Below are positions 1 through 9,444 of a DNA stretch of 38,680 nt, in pieces; within the stretch, counting starts at the first letter, position 1; every line of letters starts with the position of its first letter. Both the position numbers and the translations under genes were made by a program. The notes under the pieces were generated by a model. It ran no database searches. It was not told where the DNA came from and worked only from the letters and a program-made list of their open reading frames with translations. Source of the DNA: Escherichia phage vB_EcoS-613R10; sequence record ON470590; one strand, written 5' to 3'.

Positions 1-65
1 TGATTTTCTTGCATTATTTCAGTTCTCTGGTACTAAATGGGGCAAATTGGGGGCAAACTTTGCAA

Positions 66-1301
66 CTATGATAACCGCGCATTCAACATGGCTACCTGTT
101 CGTCGTTCATGTCATCAATCCACATACCGTAAATTTCATACACCATCTGCGCAGTTTCATGCCCCATTTGGCTGGCTATAAATGCCGGGTTCGCTCCTGC
201 CGTCAACAGCCAGCAGGCAAAAGTATGCCGCGTATGGTACGGATTACGGCGGCGAATACCAGCACGTTTTACTGCTGCATTCCACCTTGCCCCCAAACTG
301 CTTACCGAGTAATAAGGTTTTTGTTTTCCGTTACACACCCTGGGCATGAAAACAAAATGCAGTTTTTGCTTTTCGGTTCTGCCGTACTCCCGATGATAAA
401 AGGTGATTTCGCTTTTGCGATGATGCCCGGTCAGTTTGTATTGCTCCTTCAGTGCTTCAAGAGCAGGCTGCAGTAGTGTTACCGTCCGGATCCCCGCATT
501 TGTTTTTGGGGGACCGAACATATCCAGTATCGTCAGGTTTCTTCTGACATTCACAACTCCCTTCTCGAAATCCACATCCTCCCACGCCAGAGCAGCCAGT
601 TCCCCGTGACGAAGCCCGGAGTATACGGCAAATTTCCACAAGTTCTGGCTCTGTCCTTTTTCACTTTCCATTAATGCATTGAATTCTGTTTTAGATAACG
701 GGTCAGGCTTTATTCTGTTTCTCTGTAATTTCTTTACTCCTTCAAATGGTTTGGTTGATATAAATCCCGACTGATACGCAAAACGTAACAACGAACAGAG
801 CAGGGCGATATAGTTATCAACTGTGCGCACGGTTCTTCCTTTTTTGTTGGATCTTGGATTATCCAGGTAAAGCGTTTCTCCATGCAGCAGTTCATTCCGG
901 TAGTTTAAGATATCGCTATAACGAATATGCGATATCGGAGTACTCTCACAAATTATTATCCTGAGTGTTTTTAATTGTGATTTCGTTTTCTTCATTGTGT
1001 TTGTTGTTAACTCTGTTTCTTTAATTTTTGTCCAGATATCACAAAGCTCCCCGAACGTTTTTATGACCCTCGTTGTCACCATTTTTGCCCCAGTGCTGGA
1101 CTGGGGAAAACGTCTTAAATACTCAAACTCACCGGAATTGATTTCATGAACTATCAACGCTCTTAAATTCCCGGCTTTTTTAATGTTACTGTTAGTAACC
1201 TCCCAGCCTTTCAATGTTTCCCGACATCGTTTTCCTCGAAACATGAACCAGATGCGAATGTATTTACCTCGAATCTCGACACCTGTTGGTAATTTAGACA
1301 T
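66..1301 (-). CDS. intR: Tyrosine recombinase, Rac prophage integrase
   Basis: 411 aa ORF; C-terminal R...HxxR...Y catalytic pattern (HTRHTFACWLL...YEIYGMW); recognised as Rac IntR from memory; first gene at prophage end. Confidence 0.93.
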   Translation of the reverse strand: MSKLPTGVEIRGKYIRIWFMFRGKRCRETLKGWEVTNSNIKKAGNLRALIVHEINSGEFEYLRRFPQSSTGAKMVTTRVIKTFGELCDIWTKIKETELTTNTMKKTKSQLKTLRIIICESTPISHIRYSDILNYRNELLHGETLYLDNPRSNKKGRTVRTVDNYIALLCSLLRFAYQSGFISTKPFEGVKKLQRNRIKPDPLSKTEFNALMESEKGQSQNLWKFAVYSGLRHGELAALAWEDVDFEKGVVNVRRNLTILDMFGPPKTNAGIRTVTLLQPALEALKEQYKLTGHHRKSEITFYHREYGRTEKQKLHFVFMPRVCNGKQKPYYSVSSLGARWNAAVKRAGIRRRNPYHTRHTFACWLLTAGANPAFIASQMGHETAQMVYEIYGMWIDDMNDEQVAMLNARLS

Positions 1302-1302
1302 A

Positions 1303-1518
1303 TCATGAGTCTTTGATAAACTGATTTATCTTTGGATAGTTATACCAGATAATCCCTCGCTTACTGTCTGGCTTCCCTAAAGGAGATACTCGTTTGAAGT
1401 GGAAGCCTTCCACCCAACAGTTCTGGCGGTATGCTTCAATTTGTCTGGCCCCCAGACCAGTGCGAAGCATCAGGCCGTATTCAACCATCCACTCTTCATT
1501 AAAGATTACTTGTGCCAT
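1303..1518 (-). CDS. xisR: Excisionase-like protein
   Basis: 71 aa from internal ATG ([15 protein letters not shown]...); immediately upstream of int in the same operon; recognised as Rac XisR/YdaQ. Confidence 0.8.
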   Translation of the reverse strand: MAQVIFNEEWMVEYGLMLRTGLGARQIEAYRQNCWVEGFHFKRVSPLGKPDSKRGIIWYNYPKINQFIKDS

Positions 1519-1617
1519 CGCATCACCTCTGGCAGGCGCCAATGTTAGACTTAAATTGACGCCCGATGTTGATTATTAATAATCAGCTATGAAGTTTTAA
1601 TTTGAATACAATGCAAT

Positions 1618-1806
1618 TCACGAGGACTGAAGTTTCTCGCAATTAAAATTTATCAGTTTTACTTTCTGCTCTCTGGAAACGCCTGCTTCTTTTTTACCTG
1701 AGAGCATTTTTTCGCATTCTGATTTCGTTAGTTTAGATTTTGAATATCTTGTCCAGTTAGTAGGAGTGCCACCTTCCTTTTCAATAGTGGCGGTAATTTT
1801 ATACAT
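1618..1806 (-). CDS. ydaC: Small Rac protein YdaC-like
   Basis: 62 aa from ATG at 1806 preceded by GGAGGTG; the start overlaps the 3' end of the ralR frame. The longer 86 aa version in the ORF track is probably an over-extension. Confidence 0.55.
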   Translation of the reverse strand: MYKITATIEKEGGTPTNWTRYSKSKLTKSECEKMLSGKKEAGVSREQKVKLINFNCEKLQSS

Positions 1807-1843
1807 GAACACCTCCATTATTATTTCCAGTGGTTCGTTTATT

Positions 1844-1993
1844 TCATCGTTCGAGTGCTTCTTTTTCACTTCCACCATAACCGGTTCGGGATTCGCATCC
1901 GTTACACTTCGCTCGGTAATATCCTGAAATGGCTTTCACCGTTACTGATGGACAACCACAAAATGGACATGGTTTAACATTGTCATATCTCAT
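1844..1993 (-). CDS. ralR: RalR/Lar restriction-alleviation toxin homolog, truncated by an in-frame TGA
   Basis: Translation MRYDNVKPCPFCGCPSVTVKAISGYYRAKCNGCESRTGYGGSEKEALER then TGA; 15 further in-frame sense codons (NKRTTGNNNGGVHV) run to TAA at 1799. Confidence 0.6.
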   Translation of the reverse strand: MRYDNVKPCPFCGCPSVTVKAISGYYRAKCNGCESRTGYGGSEKEALER

Positions 1994-2048
1994 AATTTTT
2001 CTCATAAAAATATTTCAAGTTGGCGGTGCATTACACCGCCAGGCTGAA

Positions 2049-2858
2049 TTATTCCTCTGAATTATCGATTACACTGTATTCCCCGGTTAATACAGAGGAA
2101 TCTGCAGGATCGATTGTCAGTGGTTCCTTTTCATCCATTGATACTGCACGCTGGATCTCAATTGATACGGGCAGATATTTGAACAGGCGACGAATAGCCG
2201 TTTTCTTTGCCATTTCTTCCCAGTGAGTTACCCACGGCCCGTTATTACCAGCTTTACTCTGGCTGCGCACCAGCTCAATCTGTTTGCGCGTCATAACTTC
2301 AAACTGAGTACCTCCGTCTTTCAGTCTTGCGACAGCATAGACGTGGGTAACAGGGGCATCTTCGTTTTCTCCTGGGCGGTGTATTAACTTTTCATCAAGG
2401 CCAAATTCGAAATTAAACTCGTCACCTTCACGGACAACACGGGCTGACAAGCTGGCGATTTGACCTGAACGGCGAGCCAGATCAATCATGCCGCGATAGC
2501 CAATGATTAGCTGAACGTTTTTTTTACCGCTCTTTTCGTTTTTATTACCAAAAGGCAGTAAATATGCATGACCGAGGGCGCTACCGGGCTCAAGTCCGAG
2601 CTGTGAACACTGTACGATTGCACTGACAAAACTCATAGTGTCACAGTTTCCTAACGCCGGAACTTTACGAATTTCTGTGGTGGCGATACGGATCATACGT
2701 TCAGCCGTCATATGGCGTGGAAGAGCTGCTGCCAGTTGCTCTTTCATTGATGGCTGGTTAATAAAACTAATCACGTCGTTATTTTTAATTGCTGCTGGTG
2801 CACGGTTTCCCTGAGTTTTTTGCAGATCGGCTTTTGCGATTGGTGGTTGCTTAGTCAT
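2049..2858 (-). CDS. recT: Recombinase RecT (single-strand annealing protein)
   Basis: 269 aa from internal ATG ([23 protein letters not shown]...); sequence recognised as E. coli RecT. Confidence 0.96.
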   Translation of the reverse strand: MTKQPPIAKADLQKTQGNRAPAAIKNNDVISFINQPSMKEQLAAALPRHMTAERMIRIATTEIRKVPALGNCDTMSFVSAIVQCSQLGLEPGSALGHAYLLPFGNKNEKSGKKNVQLIIGYRGMIDLARRSGQIASLSARVVREGDEFNFEFGLDEKLIHRPGENEDAPVTHVYAVARLKDGGTQFEVMTRKQIELVRSQSKAGNNGPWVTHWEEMAKKTAIRRLFKYLPVSIEIQRAVSMDEKEPLTIDPADSSVLTGEYSVIDNSEE

Positions 2859-5451
2859 TTGCATATTCCTTAGCCCAGCGGGGCAGTGATAACGTCTTAA
2901 TAGCTGGCCATTCATCGGTATTGAGGCAGTCAGCCAGGGTTCGCAGATTGCGGTGATATTCCAGCTGACCTGCCAGTTTTGCTTCTTCGCCCATCATGAA
3001 AATTTCAACCGGATAACGTCCGCATTCAATAGTTGTGCTGGCAACCAGAAAAACGAAAGTTGGCTGCACTCCAAACTGTGCTTCATAACCGTCACTGTAG
3101 AATGCATCCTGAACGTGATAGCGGTAGTCGTAATAAGCGGTTTTGAATCGTTGAATATCCGCCGTAGTTTTCACGTCCATGATCCAGTGAAATTCAGGGA
3201 TAATTTTGTCCGGACGGCACCGACACAAAATTGCTGTTTCAGGATCTTCCCAGTAAATTGATGATTCAGCGTGTCCGGCGCTTTCAACAAGCCATTGCCC
3301 CAGCGGCAAAGCCATAACGCTCTGATACATGAGTTCAATTTTCCGGCCTTCTTCGGCAGTGATAACCGTTTTTCCTGTGCTTGCGCATTCCCTCAGAAAC
3401 GCTTTCTCTTCTTCTTTTCCGGAGTTTGTCCGGCGGTTAAATTCAGGTGCTACGATAAAGCGGTTACTGAATTCTTCCGGCTCAAGTACCCGGCAGTGGA
3501 AAGCGGTTCCTAAATCGAGCGTTTTTGTCTTTGTGGTGTCCACGGGGGCATTTTTACGCCACAAATACAGTGCCGGAGTATCAGCAATGTCATCGAGCTG
3601 AGACTTACTGACACCGGGACCCGCGTGGTAATTCTCATTCGAAATTCCGTAATAAATACCTGGCTCTATGTCTTCTACGATTACGGGATCTGCGACTTCG
3701 CCAGTTTCATCACTGCAATCGCGATGCGGATCGCTGCCAGCATTCTCATTGTGCGGATGTTCAGCGCCTTCCATTTCCTCCGGATCATTTTCCTTAGCTT
3801 CAACCTGACTCTCTTCATCGAATGTTTCCTGGTATGTTGCGTCGCCCATCACCGCACCACAGTCAGGGCAGTTATCCCCGCCAGTCTGGCCGCAGGCATT
3901 GCAGGCTATTTCCGGTTCCTGTTGCACTACTGGCTCAGGTTGATTCATATCCGGGCTGGTTTTTTCCGTTTCTGGCTGGTTCTGGTACACACAATCGCGA
4001 GTCTGGATCCCCTTTACCCATTTCGGATCGTTCGGGTCGCTAATTCCGTCAACAAATTCACCACGTGATGCAGCAAGCAATTTATCGGCATCGACAGGAT
4101 TTTTTGATGGAATGTTTTTCCGGGCTTCATGGAGTTCTGCCCGCAGTTCCTGATATTTCGCATCAACAGAATTTACCTGTGACTGAGCATCCAGCGGCTG
4201 CGTGTCCTGATGATGTTCAGTTGCGTCCGGTTCCATTGTTTCAGCCTCTCCCTGTTCAACTGCCGTTGTTCCAGATGGTTGCGGTTTTTCTTCATCATCC
4301 TGTTTTCCTTCTTCTGTTACTCGCTGCGGCATCGGGGCAGAGGAGCGACCGCAGGCAATATCCACGATTTCCGGATCAGGGTTGGCATGATCGGTTTCAG
4401 TCAGTACTTTGTTCAGATATTCAGTGACGTGCGCGGGGATGACCTCGATCCCAATTGGTGCTTCTTTTACGGACGCAACCACGATGGCGCGGGAATAATC
4501 CAGCCCGCCAGGCATGGTGATGAATTTGTCGCGGAAAACAGAAAAGGGCGGTTTATTTTCAGCGATAATTTCCTCAATGCGTTTAGCGTGTGCCGGATGA
4601 AGGTTATAGATGTCCAGATCCATTGAACGGGCCAGTACGCCAGTGGCTACGTCGCGCGCCAGTGACGTCAGATCGTGTACGAAACCTTCGCCGCGATCGG
4701 TGAGGTTTCCGCCGCCAGCATTAGCACCGGAAGCCGTGCGAGTGATGTGTGAAACACGATTACCCTTCATCCACTCTTTTGTCAGCAGTCCTCGATCGGT
4801 GTAGTCAGCGTTCAGGTATGCTTCGAAAAAAGCAGTTATCAGTCCCAGGTTTGAATTACCAGGATTAGGGAAAACTTTGTCAGTGTCACGAACCAGTTTG
4901 TGGAGTTCGCGAATTTCCAGCGGGTCGAGCAGGCTGGTTTTGTGGGAAACAGCCAGGGCAGTAACAGCCGGTAGTTCTTCAGCCCGAGCAATGTGTAATG
5001 CCTGGAGTCCGTCGCGTGAAACGTGCGTTACCGGTTTTTCGCTGCCGTGTTGAGCAAGCCAACGAATGGGCAGTTCCTGGCCAGAAATTGGGAGTAGCAT
5101 ATTCTCCTCAATCTCAGTCATGTCTTCGCCGTTGACGTTGGTATTGCCTTGATAGTGAGCGTTGTCTGGTGCTGCTCCCGGTTTTAGTTCCCATGTCATG
5201 GAGTCTTTGCTGAGTTGATAGCGTTCACTCCAGGTAAAATCGATCTCACCTTCAGCGGGCAGGTCATTAACGACAGGAAAATTCGTGGCAACAGCTTTAA
5301 AATAGCTGCTCAGTTTTTTACCTGACTTAACGATCAGGTAGTCCAGAGTGGCACAGGTCGATTCAAAATCGTTGCTTGCCCACAGGACGACGTCAGGTTC
5401 ACCGGATGATTTTTTCGCTTTCCGTAACAGGAAGAGTGGTTTTGTGCTCAT
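2851..5451 (-). CDS. recE: Exodeoxyribonuclease VIII RecE
   Basis: 866 aa ORF; recognised as Rac RecE; its stop overlaps the recT start. Confidence 0.96.
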   Translation of the reverse strand: MSTKPLFLLRKAKKSSGEPDVVLWASNDFESTCATLDYLIVKSGKKLSSYFKAVATNFPVVNDLPAEGEIDFTWSERYQLSKDSMTWELKPGAAPDNAHYQGNTNVNGEDMTEIEENMLLPISGQELPIRWLAQHGSEKPVTHVSRDGLQALHIARAEELPAVTALAVSHKTSLLDPLEIRELHKLVRDTDKVFPNPGNSNLGLITAFFEAYLNADYTDRGLLTKEWMKGNRVSHITRTASGANAGGGNLTDRGEGFVHDLTSLARDVATGVLARSMDLDIYNLHPAHAKRIEEIIAENKPPFSVFRDKFITMPGGLDYSRAIVVASVKEAPIGIEVIPAHVTEYLNKVLTETDHANPDPEIVDIACGRSSAPMPQRVTEEGKQDDEEKPQPSGTTAVEQGEAETMEPDATEHHQDTQPLDAQSQVNSVDAKYQELRAELHEARKNIPSKNPVDADKLLAASRGEFVDGISDPNDPKWVKGIQTRDCVYQNQPETEKTSPDMNQPEPVVQQEPEIACNACGQTGGDNCPDCGAVMGDATYQETFDEESQVEAKENDPEEMEGAEHPHNENAGSDPHRDCSDETGEVADPVIVEDIEPGIYYGISNENYHAGPGVSKSQLDDIADTPALYLWRKNAPVDTTKTKTLDLGTAFHCRVLEPEEFSNRFIVAPEFNRRTNSGKEEEKAFLRECASTGKTVITAEEGRKIELMYQSVMALPLGQWLVESAGHAESSIYWEDPETAILCRCRPDKIIPEFHWIMDVKTTADIQRFKTAYYDYRYHVQDAFYSDGYEAQFGVQPTFVFLVASTTIECGRYPVEIFMMGEEAKLAGQLEYHRNLRTLADCLNTDEWPAIKTLSLPRWAKEYAND

Positions 5452-5552
5452 TGTTTTTTAACCTCAACTCAGATTAAAATTCGTTTTGTTCAGTGAATGA
5501 TCTTGCCGGATACACACTGTTCATAGCCTGCGTCATACGCAGGCTATTTCTT

Positions 5553-5828
5553 TCAGATTTCACCTTTTAATTTCATTGCAATTAGAGTTGCCAGAAATTC
5601 GGCTTTTTTTTCTGTGGGCAGATTCTTTCCGATATGCACCAGGCACATTTTTTTGACACCTTCATCAAGTGTTTTTACGTTGCCTGATGGACCATCGATA
5701 TCAACCACAGTGAATGGGGTTTCTTTATTTTCTGTTTTAATTACGTAGCCAATGCGCTTTCCTTCCAGATTCACCTCGTGAACAATGTCATCGGTAGTTA
5801 CAACAGTGGCTTCATAATTGGTAATCAT
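5553..5828 (-). CDS. racC: Rac prophage protein RacC
   Basis: 91 aa from internal ATG (MITNYEATVVTTDDIVHEVNLEGKRIGY...); recognised as RacC. Confidence 0.85.
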   Translation of the reverse strand: MITNYEATVVTTDDIVHEVNLEGKRIGYVIKTENKETPFTVVDIDGPSGNVKTLDEGVKKMCLVHIGKNLPTEKKAEFLATLIAMKLKGEI

Positions 5829-5902
5829 GTTTTTCTCCTTAATTAAGGTTGAGCGAATACCTGCCATTTCTGGCATAAATTCAGTTTCGAATAGTCAATT
5901 AA

Positions 5903-6073
5903 TTAAAGTTCATGTGCCATCTGGTCTTTTTCGGCACAAGCTTCACTGCAATATTTTCTCGGTTCGTCTTTTGATAAAATCCCGTGCATGAAGTGAAGCA
6001 TTCTTTCAATAGCTTTGCTTTCTTCAACGTCTTTTTTGCAAAGGTGGTAAGCACATTTTATTTTCTTAGTCAT
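5903..6073 (-). CDS. ydaE: Small Cys-rich protein YdaE
   Basis: Hand-translated 56 aa [59 protein letters not shown]; below the 60 aa cut-off of the ORF track; start overlaps the kilR stop. Confidence 0.8.
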   Translation of the reverse strand: MTKKIKCAYHLCKKDVEESKAIERMLHFMHGILSKDEPRKYCSEACAEKDQMAHEL

Positions 6074-6294
6074 CACCATGACTCCGCCTTTACAGGTAAA
6101 CCATCACGACCGAGGAAGACTTTAATCATGCGGTCAGTAATGCATGTTTTTGTGGTCAGGTTACGAATATATAGTTTTCGCTTTTTAATATTGTTTGCCG
6201 AGGCAATATATGTCCGGCCTTCATGAAGAACATAATCGCCAGGAGTCACACACTGACGTGGTATTTCATCAGTTCCGAAGTGATGTGCAATCAT
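6073..6294 (-). CDS. kilR: Cell-division inhibitor KilR
   Basis: 73 aa from internal ATG ([29 protein letters not shown]...); recognised as KilR. Confidence 0.9.
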   Translation of the reverse strand: MIAHHFGTDEIPRQCVTPGDYVLHEGRTYIASANNIKKRKLYIRNLTTKTCITDRMIKVFLGRDGLPVKAESW

Positions 6295-6735
6295 AATTAT
6301 CTCCATTTTTACAAATGAACTTTGTTGATGCGGTGCCTGGTGCCTCCAGGTGACTGCAACCAGTTAACAATTACAGTCGGCTTTCCCACCCAAACCAATA
6401 AGGACTAACATGACTTTTAACTGTGCCACGTGCGCTTAGCCGCATTCACCGCATCACAAAATTCACTTTAAAAAGGGCGGACATCAGCCGAACTTCAAGA
6501 AAAAAACTGATGCCGCCAGGACTACACACAGCAATGTCGTTATTTACAACCGGAGGCGCACTCCCACCATTTAAATTTAACAGACAAGACCGACTCTTTA
6601 TGGATATCGGAAATGCGCCTTCGTGTTGTGCCCGGTTTTATTTCACCACCTCCGGGCTTCGGTGGTCTCGGCTATACCCCTACAGCGAGAGCTTGTGTTA
6701 ACATTTCAATACCCTTACAGTTGAGAGTTATTGAT

Positions 6736-7224
6736 ATGTTGGATGTATTTACTCCATTGTTGAAACTTTTTGCTAACGAGCCACTCGAAAGACTTATGTA
6801 TACGATTATCATTTTTGGTCTCACTCTCTGGCTGATACCGAAAGAGTTTACTGTCGCATTCAATGCTTATACTGAAATACCTTGGCTCTTTCAGATTATC
6901 GTTTTTGCCTTTTCTTTCGTGGCCGCCATTTCCTTCTCAAGATTGCGAGCACATATTCAAAAGCATTATTCATTACTACCAGAGCAACGAGTATTGCTTC
7001 GTTTATCTGAGAAAGAAATCGCTGTATTTAAAGATTTCCTTAAAACAGGAAATCTTATTATCACTTCTCCTTGCCGTAACCCGGTTATGAAAAAATTAGA
7101 ACGGAAGGGCATCATTCAACATCAGAGTGATAGCGCAAACTGTTCTTATTATCTCGTCACCGAAAAATACTCCCATTTTATGAAGTTATTCTGGAACAGC
7201 AGGAGTAGACGTTTTAATCGTTAG
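6736..7224 (+). CDS. sieB: Superinfection exclusion protein SieB
   Basis: 162 aa from ATG at 6736 (MLDVFTPLLKLFANEPLERLMYTIIIFGLTLWLIP...); membrane segments; opposite strand to the early-left operon, as for lambda sieB. Confidence 0.9.
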   Translation: MLDVFTPLLKLFANEPLERLMYTIIIFGLTLWLIPKEFTVAFNAYTEIPWLFQIIVFAFSFVAAISFSRLRAHIQKHYSLLPEQRVLLRLSEKEIAVFKDFLKTGNLIITSPCRNPVMKKLERKGIIQHQSDSANCSYYLVTEKYSHFMKLFWNSRSRRFNR

Positions 7225-7376
7225 CTTACTGTGTGCTTCTCCAACCATCGGCGCGCACCAGTTTCGGTTTTAAATGTTTTGCTTTTGGTATACGTCATGG
7301 CAGTGAACGTTCCATCCTGGTTGGGGAACACGCCGCACACCAGGGATTCGTTGTTGCCGAGGTCGATTTTTTGCAT
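7221..7376 (-). CDS. ydaF: Small protein YdaF
   Basis: Hand-translated 51 aa ORF MQKIDLGNNESLVCGVFPNQDGTFTAMTYTKSKTFKTETGARRWLEKHTVS; convergent 4 bp overlap with the sieB stop. Confidence 0.6.
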   Translation of the reverse strand: MQKIDLGNNESLVCGVFPNQDGTFTAMTYTKSKTFKTETGARRWLEKHTVS

Positions 7377-7386
7377 TTTGCGAATC

Positions 7387-7521
7387 TCACATCTTGTTGC
7401 TACGTATAGCGACTTCTGCCTGCCAGAGATCCCAGTCGTTGCTGCGTAAAGCCTGCACAGCCTGGTTGTAAGTGATACCGCAACAATCCATCAAATACTG
7501 AACTACTTCGTAATGCACCAT
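7387..7521 (-). CDS. ydaG: Small protein YdaG
   Basis: Hand-translated 44 aa ORF MVHYEVVQYLMDCCGITYNQAVQALRSNDWDLWQAEVAIRSNKM; first gene downstream of the putative early-left promoter. Confidence 0.6.
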   Translation of the reverse strand: MVHYEVVQYLMDCCGITYNQAVQALRSNDWDLWQAEVAIRSNKM

Positions 7522-7688
7522 CTTATCTATCCCCTTAACGCCGGGTGGCGGAACTAACTGCTGCACTGCAAAATTTGAATCCCGCCGTCATGTTCATACG
7601 CCTCGGGCTGGCTACTTAACCCCTGACCACTGCCTGGTAACTCGAAGTATTGCCCGGCGTTCTGTGGGGCGGGGTGGGTTGGTAGGTA

Positions 7689-7718
7689 TATAATGTACTT
7701 TGTGTTCATCATTGTAAA
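7689..7718. promoter_or_regulatory. Candidate early-left promoter/operator (OL-like)
   Basis: TATAAT at 7689-7694; on the minus strand TTTACA-17 bp-CATTAT; overlaps ATGTACTTTGTGTTC (7693-7707), a third copy of the ATGTACT-N5-GTTC motif seen twice in the racR-ydaS spacer. Confidence 0.4.
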
Positions 7719-7808
7719 GTACTTTAAGTACATTTTATGTATAAAAAAATGAGACGGGATAAAGTGAAGCACAAACCCGGAGGGGGACGCTACCGGATTT
7801 ATGCTGGT

Positions 7809-8228
7809 TTAAGAGGCTTTTTGTTTTTTCTTTCGTGCTAACTCTTCGTAAATTGCATTGTACTTCTGTTTTTTCTCCTCAAGAGTTTTTAAAAGTTCAT
7901 CTGTCTCACTGTCAGGGAGCTCGTCCAGAAGGTCAATGATGATTTTTTGTCTTGGATTTAACTCCTGATAGAAACGTATCTGTCCACTTTCTTCTGTATC
8001 CTCTCCCAAAAGATAGGTTGGTGTTGTTCCAATGAGTGTTGCTAATTCCCTTAATTTCTCTCGGCGAGGAATTGTTTCACCATTAAACCATTTGCTAACC
8101 GCTTTTGGTGTTAATTTCATTCGACGGGCAATTTCTGCCTGCCTTCCATGTTGTTCATAACCAGCGTTTTCACAGGCTAGCGCAAGCCTACTGGCGAACT
8201 CTTTACGCGCTTTATCTTCATGAACCAT
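7809..8228 (-). CDS. racR: Prophage repressor RacR (HTH, CI-like)
   Basis: 139 aa ORF; N-terminal helix-turn-helix region (QAEIARRMKLTPKAVSKWFNGETIP); divergent from ydaS-ydaT; recognised as RacR. Confidence 0.9.
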   Translation of the reverse strand: MVHEDKARKEFASRLALACENAGYEQHGRQAEIARRMKLTPKAVSKWFNGETIPRREKLRELATLIGTTPTYLLGEDTEESGQIRFYQELNPRQKIIIDLLDELPDSETDELLKTLEEKKQKYNAIYEELARKKKQKAS

Positions 8229-8252
8229 AAGTTCAATGATATTCGCTCTTGA

Positions 8253-8291
8253 ATGTACTGTCAGTTCTGTTATAGCATGTACTCAAAGTTC
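8253..8291. promoter_or_regulatory. Operator-like direct repeats in the racR/ydaS divergent spacer (OR-like)
   Basis: ATGTACTGTCAGTTC (8253-8267) and ATGTACTCAAAGTTC (8277-8291), 24 bp apart, between the divergent starts of racR and ydaS. Confidence 0.5.
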
Positions 8292-8307
8292 ACATTGTGA
8301 GGGTGAT

Positions 8308-8562
8308 ATGAACCAGAAAACACTTGAAGATGTAATCAAAACTGTTCGCGTTTCTGTTGTGGCCGACGTTTGTGGTGTCAGCCAAAGAGCAATCTACAAA
8401 TGGATGGATAACGGAAAATTGCCTCGCACAGAATATACCGGCGAAACAAATTACGCTGAAAAAATCGCTCATGCATCAAACGGATTATTTTCTGCCGATG
8501 CAATTTTAACTATTGGCAGAAATAAAACTACTACGAAAAAGCTGATGGGAGTTGATTCATGA
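8308..8562 (+). CDS. ydaS: Cro/CII-position small HTH protein (YdaS-like)
   Basis: 84 aa from ATG at 8308 preceded by GAGGGTGA; HTH-like segment VCGVSQRAIYKWMDNGKLP; symbol assigned by position, not by sequence recall. Confidence 0.7.
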   Translation: MNQKTLEDVIKTVRVSVVADVCGVSQRAIYKWMDNGKLPRTEYTGETNYAEKIAHASNGLFSADAILTIGRNKTTTKKLMGVDS

Positions 8563-8981
8563 AAATCAAGCATGAGCACATCGAATCAGTGTTGTTAGCC
8601 CTGGCAGCCGAAAAAGGGCAGGCGTGGGTCGCTAACGCAATTACTGAAGAATATCTGCGCCAGGGGGGCGGCGAATTGCCCCTGGTACCAGGCAAGGACT
8701 GGAACAATCAGCAGAATATCTATCATCGTTGGTTGAAAGGTGAAACGAATGCGCAAAGGGAAAAAATTCAGAAACTGATCCCTGCGGTTCTGGCAATTCT
8801 TCCTCGCGAGCTGCGTCACCGACTCTGCATCTTCGATACCCTGGAACGCCGTGCATTACTGGCGGCACAGGATGCACTGAGTACGGCAATTGATGCGCAT
8901 GATGATGCAGTCCAGGCCGTTTACCGTAAAGCACATTTCAGCGGCGGCGGTTCTCCTAGCGATTCTGTCGTAGTGCATTGA
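8559..8981 (+). CDS. ydaT: YdaT (toxic partner of YdaS)
   Basis: 140 aa ORF; ATGA start/stop overlap with ydaS; recognised as Rac YdaT. Confidence 0.85.
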   Translation: MKIKHEHIESVLLALAAEKGQAWVANAITEEYLRQGGGELPLVPGKDWNNQQNIYHRWLKGETNAQREKIQKLIPAVLAILPRELRHRLCIFDTLERRALLAAQDALSTAIDAHDDAVQAVYRKAHFSGGGSPSDSVVVH

Positions 8982-9026
8982 TTGAAATTAATCGTACCGA
9001 ACTGTTTTGTTCGGTATCAGTTAAAT

Positions 9027-9444
9027 GTAACGCTGCGAGCGTTACAAGGTGAAAACAAATGGCTTCAAACTGGATAAAGCTCGAAGTTATTACGCCGGAT
9101 AAGCCGGAAATATTCAGGCTTGCTGAGATTCTGAATATTGATCCAGATGCCGCATTAGGGAAAGTCATTCGCTTCTGGGCATGGGCGGATCAACAAATGA
9201 TAGACGGTAACGCAGAGTGTAACGCTCGCGGCGTTACAAAAAGTGCAATAGATCGCATCACTTTTATGGCTGGTTTTGCTGATGCGTTAATTCAGGTTGG
9301 ATGGCTGGTCGAAACTAATGGTGTGTTGTCGCTTCCTAACTTTGAGCGCCATAACGGGAAAAGCTCTAAAAAACGGGCGGTTACAAACGAGAGAGTAACA
9401 AAAATACGAGAACTGAAACGAAAAGGTAACGCTGCCAGCGTTAC
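9027..9444. repeat. Iteron-like palindromes GTAACGC-N5-GCGTTAC (putative replication origin/operator)
   Basis: Near-identical 19 bp palindromes at 9027-9045, 9219-9237 and 9426-9444, with partial copies near 9207, 9376 and 9471; the first lies just upstream of the ydaU start, the rest inside ydaU. Confidence 0.6.

Noticed and set aside
1-65. Possible attL core next to the integrase stop
   Set aside because: Only 65 bp of flank is present and I cannot recall the Rac att core reliably; no repeat partner is visible in the window.
159-639. Plus- and minus-strand ORFs (105 aa, 60 aa) overlapping the integrase gene
   Set aside because: Lie entirely inside the well-supported intR coding sequence, with no RBS and no recognisable family; typical antisense or out-of-frame artefacts.
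1799-2010. RalA-type antisense sRNA against ralR
   Set aside because: Expected from K-12 biology, but I could not place a promoter or terminator for it with confidence, so it is not annotated.
2953-4804. Series of plus-strand ORFs (64-147 aa) antisense to recE
   Set aside because: All are embedded in the recE coding region on the opposite strand, and their low-complexity translations are typical of shadow ORFs.
5984-6226. 80 aa plus-strand ORF
   Set aside because: Overlaps ydaE and kilR on the opposite strand; the minus-strand genes match known Rac proteins.
7554-7772. 72 aa minus-strand ORF in the region upstream of ydaG
   Set aside because: Covers the putative promoter/operator region, has no RBS, and its translation has no protein-like features.
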